Shown: positions 30,326-32,000 of the stretch, piece after piece
Layout of the letters: the number at the start of each line of letters is the position of its first letter
Position numbering within the stretch: position 1 is the stretch's first letter
Source: Candidatus Nanoarchaeia archaeon
GTDB taxonomy: Archaea; Nanobdellota; Nanobdellia; Woesearchaeales; JANQNC01
Assembly (NCBI GenBank): GCA_028279745.1
Contig: JANQNC010000001.1
Coordinates: 1,269,351-1,301,350 of the forward strand
Direction: 5' to 3'
Length of the DNA stretch: 32,000 nucleotides
Notes under the pieces: model-generated
The model's database searches: none
What the model was told of the DNA's origin: nothing
What the model saw: only the letters and a program-made list of their open reading frames with translations
Translations under genes and position numbers: made by a program

Positions 30326-31546
30326 ATGATTTTAAAAACAGGAATACCAAAACTTGATGAGGCTCTTCAGGGAGGCATATCTAAGAATAAAAGCATGATG
30401 CTCTACTCAACTCCAGGGGTGGAGAGCATACCTTTTGCCTTTCAACTGCTTCATACAAGATTAGAAGAAGGAGACAAGGTAATCTACTTAGTCAACAATA
30501 AGAAACCAGATTCAGTAAGATTTATGATAAAAGATTATGGGTGGGACGTATCTGAGTATGAGAAAAAAGGGATGTTTGTTTTTTTTGACGCATACTCAGG
30601 ACTGATCGGGCTGGAAAGCGAAGAGAGGTACAAGACAAAAGAGGTCAACAATCTAGAGAAGATAAGAACAGACCTTTTCGCAGCGCTTGAAGAGATGAAA
30701 GATGATAAGAATACTATAATGGTGTTTGACTCTTTATCCACCCTGATAGACATGTGCGGCAACACAGACATGATAGGTGAGTGCGTAAACAAATGTTTCC
30801 CTGATCTAGAAAAGCTTAATGTGACTCCCATATTCTTATTTACGGCGTGGGCATATGACTCTTCTATGCTGGATAAGATAAGAGGTTTTTTTGATTGTGT
30901 TGTAGACCTTAAAGCGATAGAGGAGAAAGTTATACTGCGAAACTATTTTACTGTGCATAAAGCAGACTGGGCAGATGGCATAAAAAAACAAGGCGTACCG
31001 TTTAAGGTGACAAGACCCGGAGGCATAAAGGTATACATACCAAAACTTCTCGTCACAGGACCTTTTAATGCAGGGAAATCAAGCTTTATACATTCAGCAT
31101 CCACGAAAGCGGTCTCTGTAGACAGGTTAGGGACGACAATAGCTCTAGACCATGGTCATGTAGACTATGAAGGTTTTTCTGTTGATCTGTGGGGTACTCC
31201 AGGGCAGGAGCGTTTTGATCCGATAATAAAAAATCTTGGGGGTGAATCCATGGGGGTCATAATAGTTGTCGACAGTACAGACCCTGCGGGGTTTGCAAGA
31301 GCTAAAGAGCTGGTGGGAGTGACAAAGACTGAAGGTCTTCCGTTAGTTATCGCTGCGAACAAGTCAGATATGGATGGTGCGCTAAAAGTTGATGAAGTAA
31401 AAGAAAGGATGGGCTTGCCTGATGATCTGCCAGTAATAGCTGTTACAGCAGAAGATATTACCCAAGTAAAGAAAGACAATATCTGCAAATTAAAAGATGA
31501 TGATATACATAGCGTACTGCATGAGATATTCAAGAGGGTAGTCTAA
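30326..31546 (+). CDS. Fusion protein: KaiC-like domain with a degenerate P-loop plus a small GTPase domain (archaeal COG2229 / MglA-like type)
   Basis: 406 aa. The N-terminal domain aligns with both KaiC-like proteins in the window (LKTGIPKLDEALQGG... and Walker B-like IMVFDSLS). However, its Walker A position reads STPGVESI, with no Lys or Ser/Thr. The C-terminal domain has G1 GPFNAGKS (31057-31083), G3 LWGTPGQERF and G4 AANKSD. Confidence 0.85.
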   Translation: MILKTGIPKLDEALQGGISKNKSMMLYSTPGVESIPFAFQLLHTRLEEGDKVIYLVNNKKPDSVRFMIKDYGWDVSEYEKKGMFVFFDAYSGLIGLESEERYKTKEVNNLEKIRTDLFAALEEMKDDKNTIMVFDSLSTLIDMCGNTDMIGECVNKCFPDLEKLNVTPIFLFTAWAYDSSMLDKIRGFFDCVVDLKAIEEKVILRNYFTVHKADWADGIKKQGVPFKVTRPGGIKVYIPKLLVTGPFNAGKSSFIHSASTKAVSVDRLGTTIALDHGHVDYEGFSVDLWGTPGQERFDPIIKNLGGESMGVIIVVDSTDPAGFARAKELVGVTKTEGLPLVIAANKSDMDGALKVDEVKERMGLPDDLPVIAVTAEDITQVKKDNICKLKDDDIHSVLHEIFKRVV

Positions 31547-31548
31547 AG

Positions 31549-31869
31549 ATGGCAGATATTGTGTACTATATCATAAAAGGGATAGCATTTGTCGTGTTTT
31601 GTGTTATATTTGTAATGATCGAAGAAATAAGGAAAAAAGTTGAGAGAGGGAGTAAAAAACAAGCGTGGACTTTTTTGAGTGCAGGATCTTTCATATATGT
31701 GCTTGCGGCTTTGTTTGAACTTTTGGGCGAGCTTGATAAAGTGAGCATATTCTTTGAATATTCTGGGGAGATAGTTCTTTTCATATCATTATGCCTGATA
31801 TTCTGGGGCATATTCAAGCTTCGTTTCTTTTCAGATGAGGGCAGAAAGAAAATACTGAAAAGGAGTTGA
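31549..31869 (+). CDS. Small integral membrane protein (3 predicted TM helices)
   Basis: 106 aa, starting 2 nt after the fusion-gene stop. Hydrophobic stretches are IIKGIAFVVFCVIFVMI, FLSAGSFIYVLAALFELLG and IVLFISLCLIFWGIF. No family recognised. Confidence 0.6.
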   Translation: MADIVYYIIKGIAFVVFCVIFVMIEEIRKKVERGSKKQAWTFLSAGSFIYVLAALFELLGELDKVSIFFEYSGEIVLFISLCLIFWGIFKLRFFSDEGRKKILKRS

Positions 31870-31883
31870 AAAGGTAGTTGAAA

Positions 31884-32000
31884 ATGGTGGATACTAAGAA
31901 GGAGAGGTTGGATGAGATTTTGCAGAAGCTTACGTCTTCTGGTGATGTTGAAGGTGCAGCAGTTGTAACTAGAGATGGGCTTTTGATAGCTTCTGAGTTG
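31884..32000 (+). CDS. Roadblock/LC7 (MglB-like) domain protein, 5' fragment; runs off the window
   Basis: ATG at 31884. Translation MVDTKKERLDEILQKLTSSGDVEGAAVVTRDGLLIASEL contains the characteristic GV.GA.VV..DGL.IAS start of Roadblock/LC7 domains. Confidence 0.75.
   Translation, partial: MVDTKKERLDEILQKLTSSGDVEGAAVVTRDGLLIASEL

Noticed and set aside
1-32000. CRISPR arrays, tRNA or rRNA genes, transposases, integrases or terminal inverted repeats
   Set aside because: I saw no regularly spaced direct repeats. I saw no tRNA-like GTTCRANYC arms in the longer intergenic regions (1583-1869, 11205-11480, 19906-19997, 24646-25130). I saw no ORF with DDE or tyrosine-recombinase motifs. This was checked by eye only.

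Overview
This is a gene-dense, AT-rich window that looks archaeal. The evidence is class III (type IV prepilin-like) signal peptides, a FlaI/TadA-type secretion ATPase, TrmB-family regulators, an AbrB-PhoU regulator, geranylgeranyl-reductase-like flavoproteins, a PGF-pre-PGF domain, a small GTPase next to a Roadblock/LC7 gene, GGTGA/GGAGG ribosome-binding sites and TATA-like boxes. I saw no rRNA, tRNA, CRISPR array, transposase or integrase. The left third (1-13.1 kb) holds three units. On the minus strand there is a rhomboid protease / KaiC-like ATPase / membrane-protein operon and a HAMP-only membrane protein. On the plus strand there are three tandem FAD oxidoreductases, then an orphan 790-aa protein translationally coupled to a PHP phosphoesterase. 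After a convergent AbrB-PhoU regulator come two tandem TrmB paralogues. From 13.2 kb to the window end almost every gene encodes a secreted or membrane protein or an NTPase. These include a 1959-aa secreted, C-terminally anchored protein built from more than 20 copies of an unnamed Cys/Trp module, and a secreted CARDB-like protein. They also include a Tad/Epd-like type IV pilus locus (ATPase, two separate T2SS-F platform genes, Flp-like major pilin). Divergent from that locus is an operon with a KaiC-like ATPase followed by five pilin-like genes, one of 691 aa. The last unit is a fusion of a KaiC-like domain with an eroded P-loop to a small GTPase, followed by a small membrane protein and a Roadblock/LC7 gene. 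My best candidates for something undescribed are the Cys/Trp-repeat giant protein, the pseudo-KaiC-GTPase/Roadblock module beside the pilus, and the orphan 790-aa/PHP pair. All family calls rest on motif recognition by eye. No database search was run.
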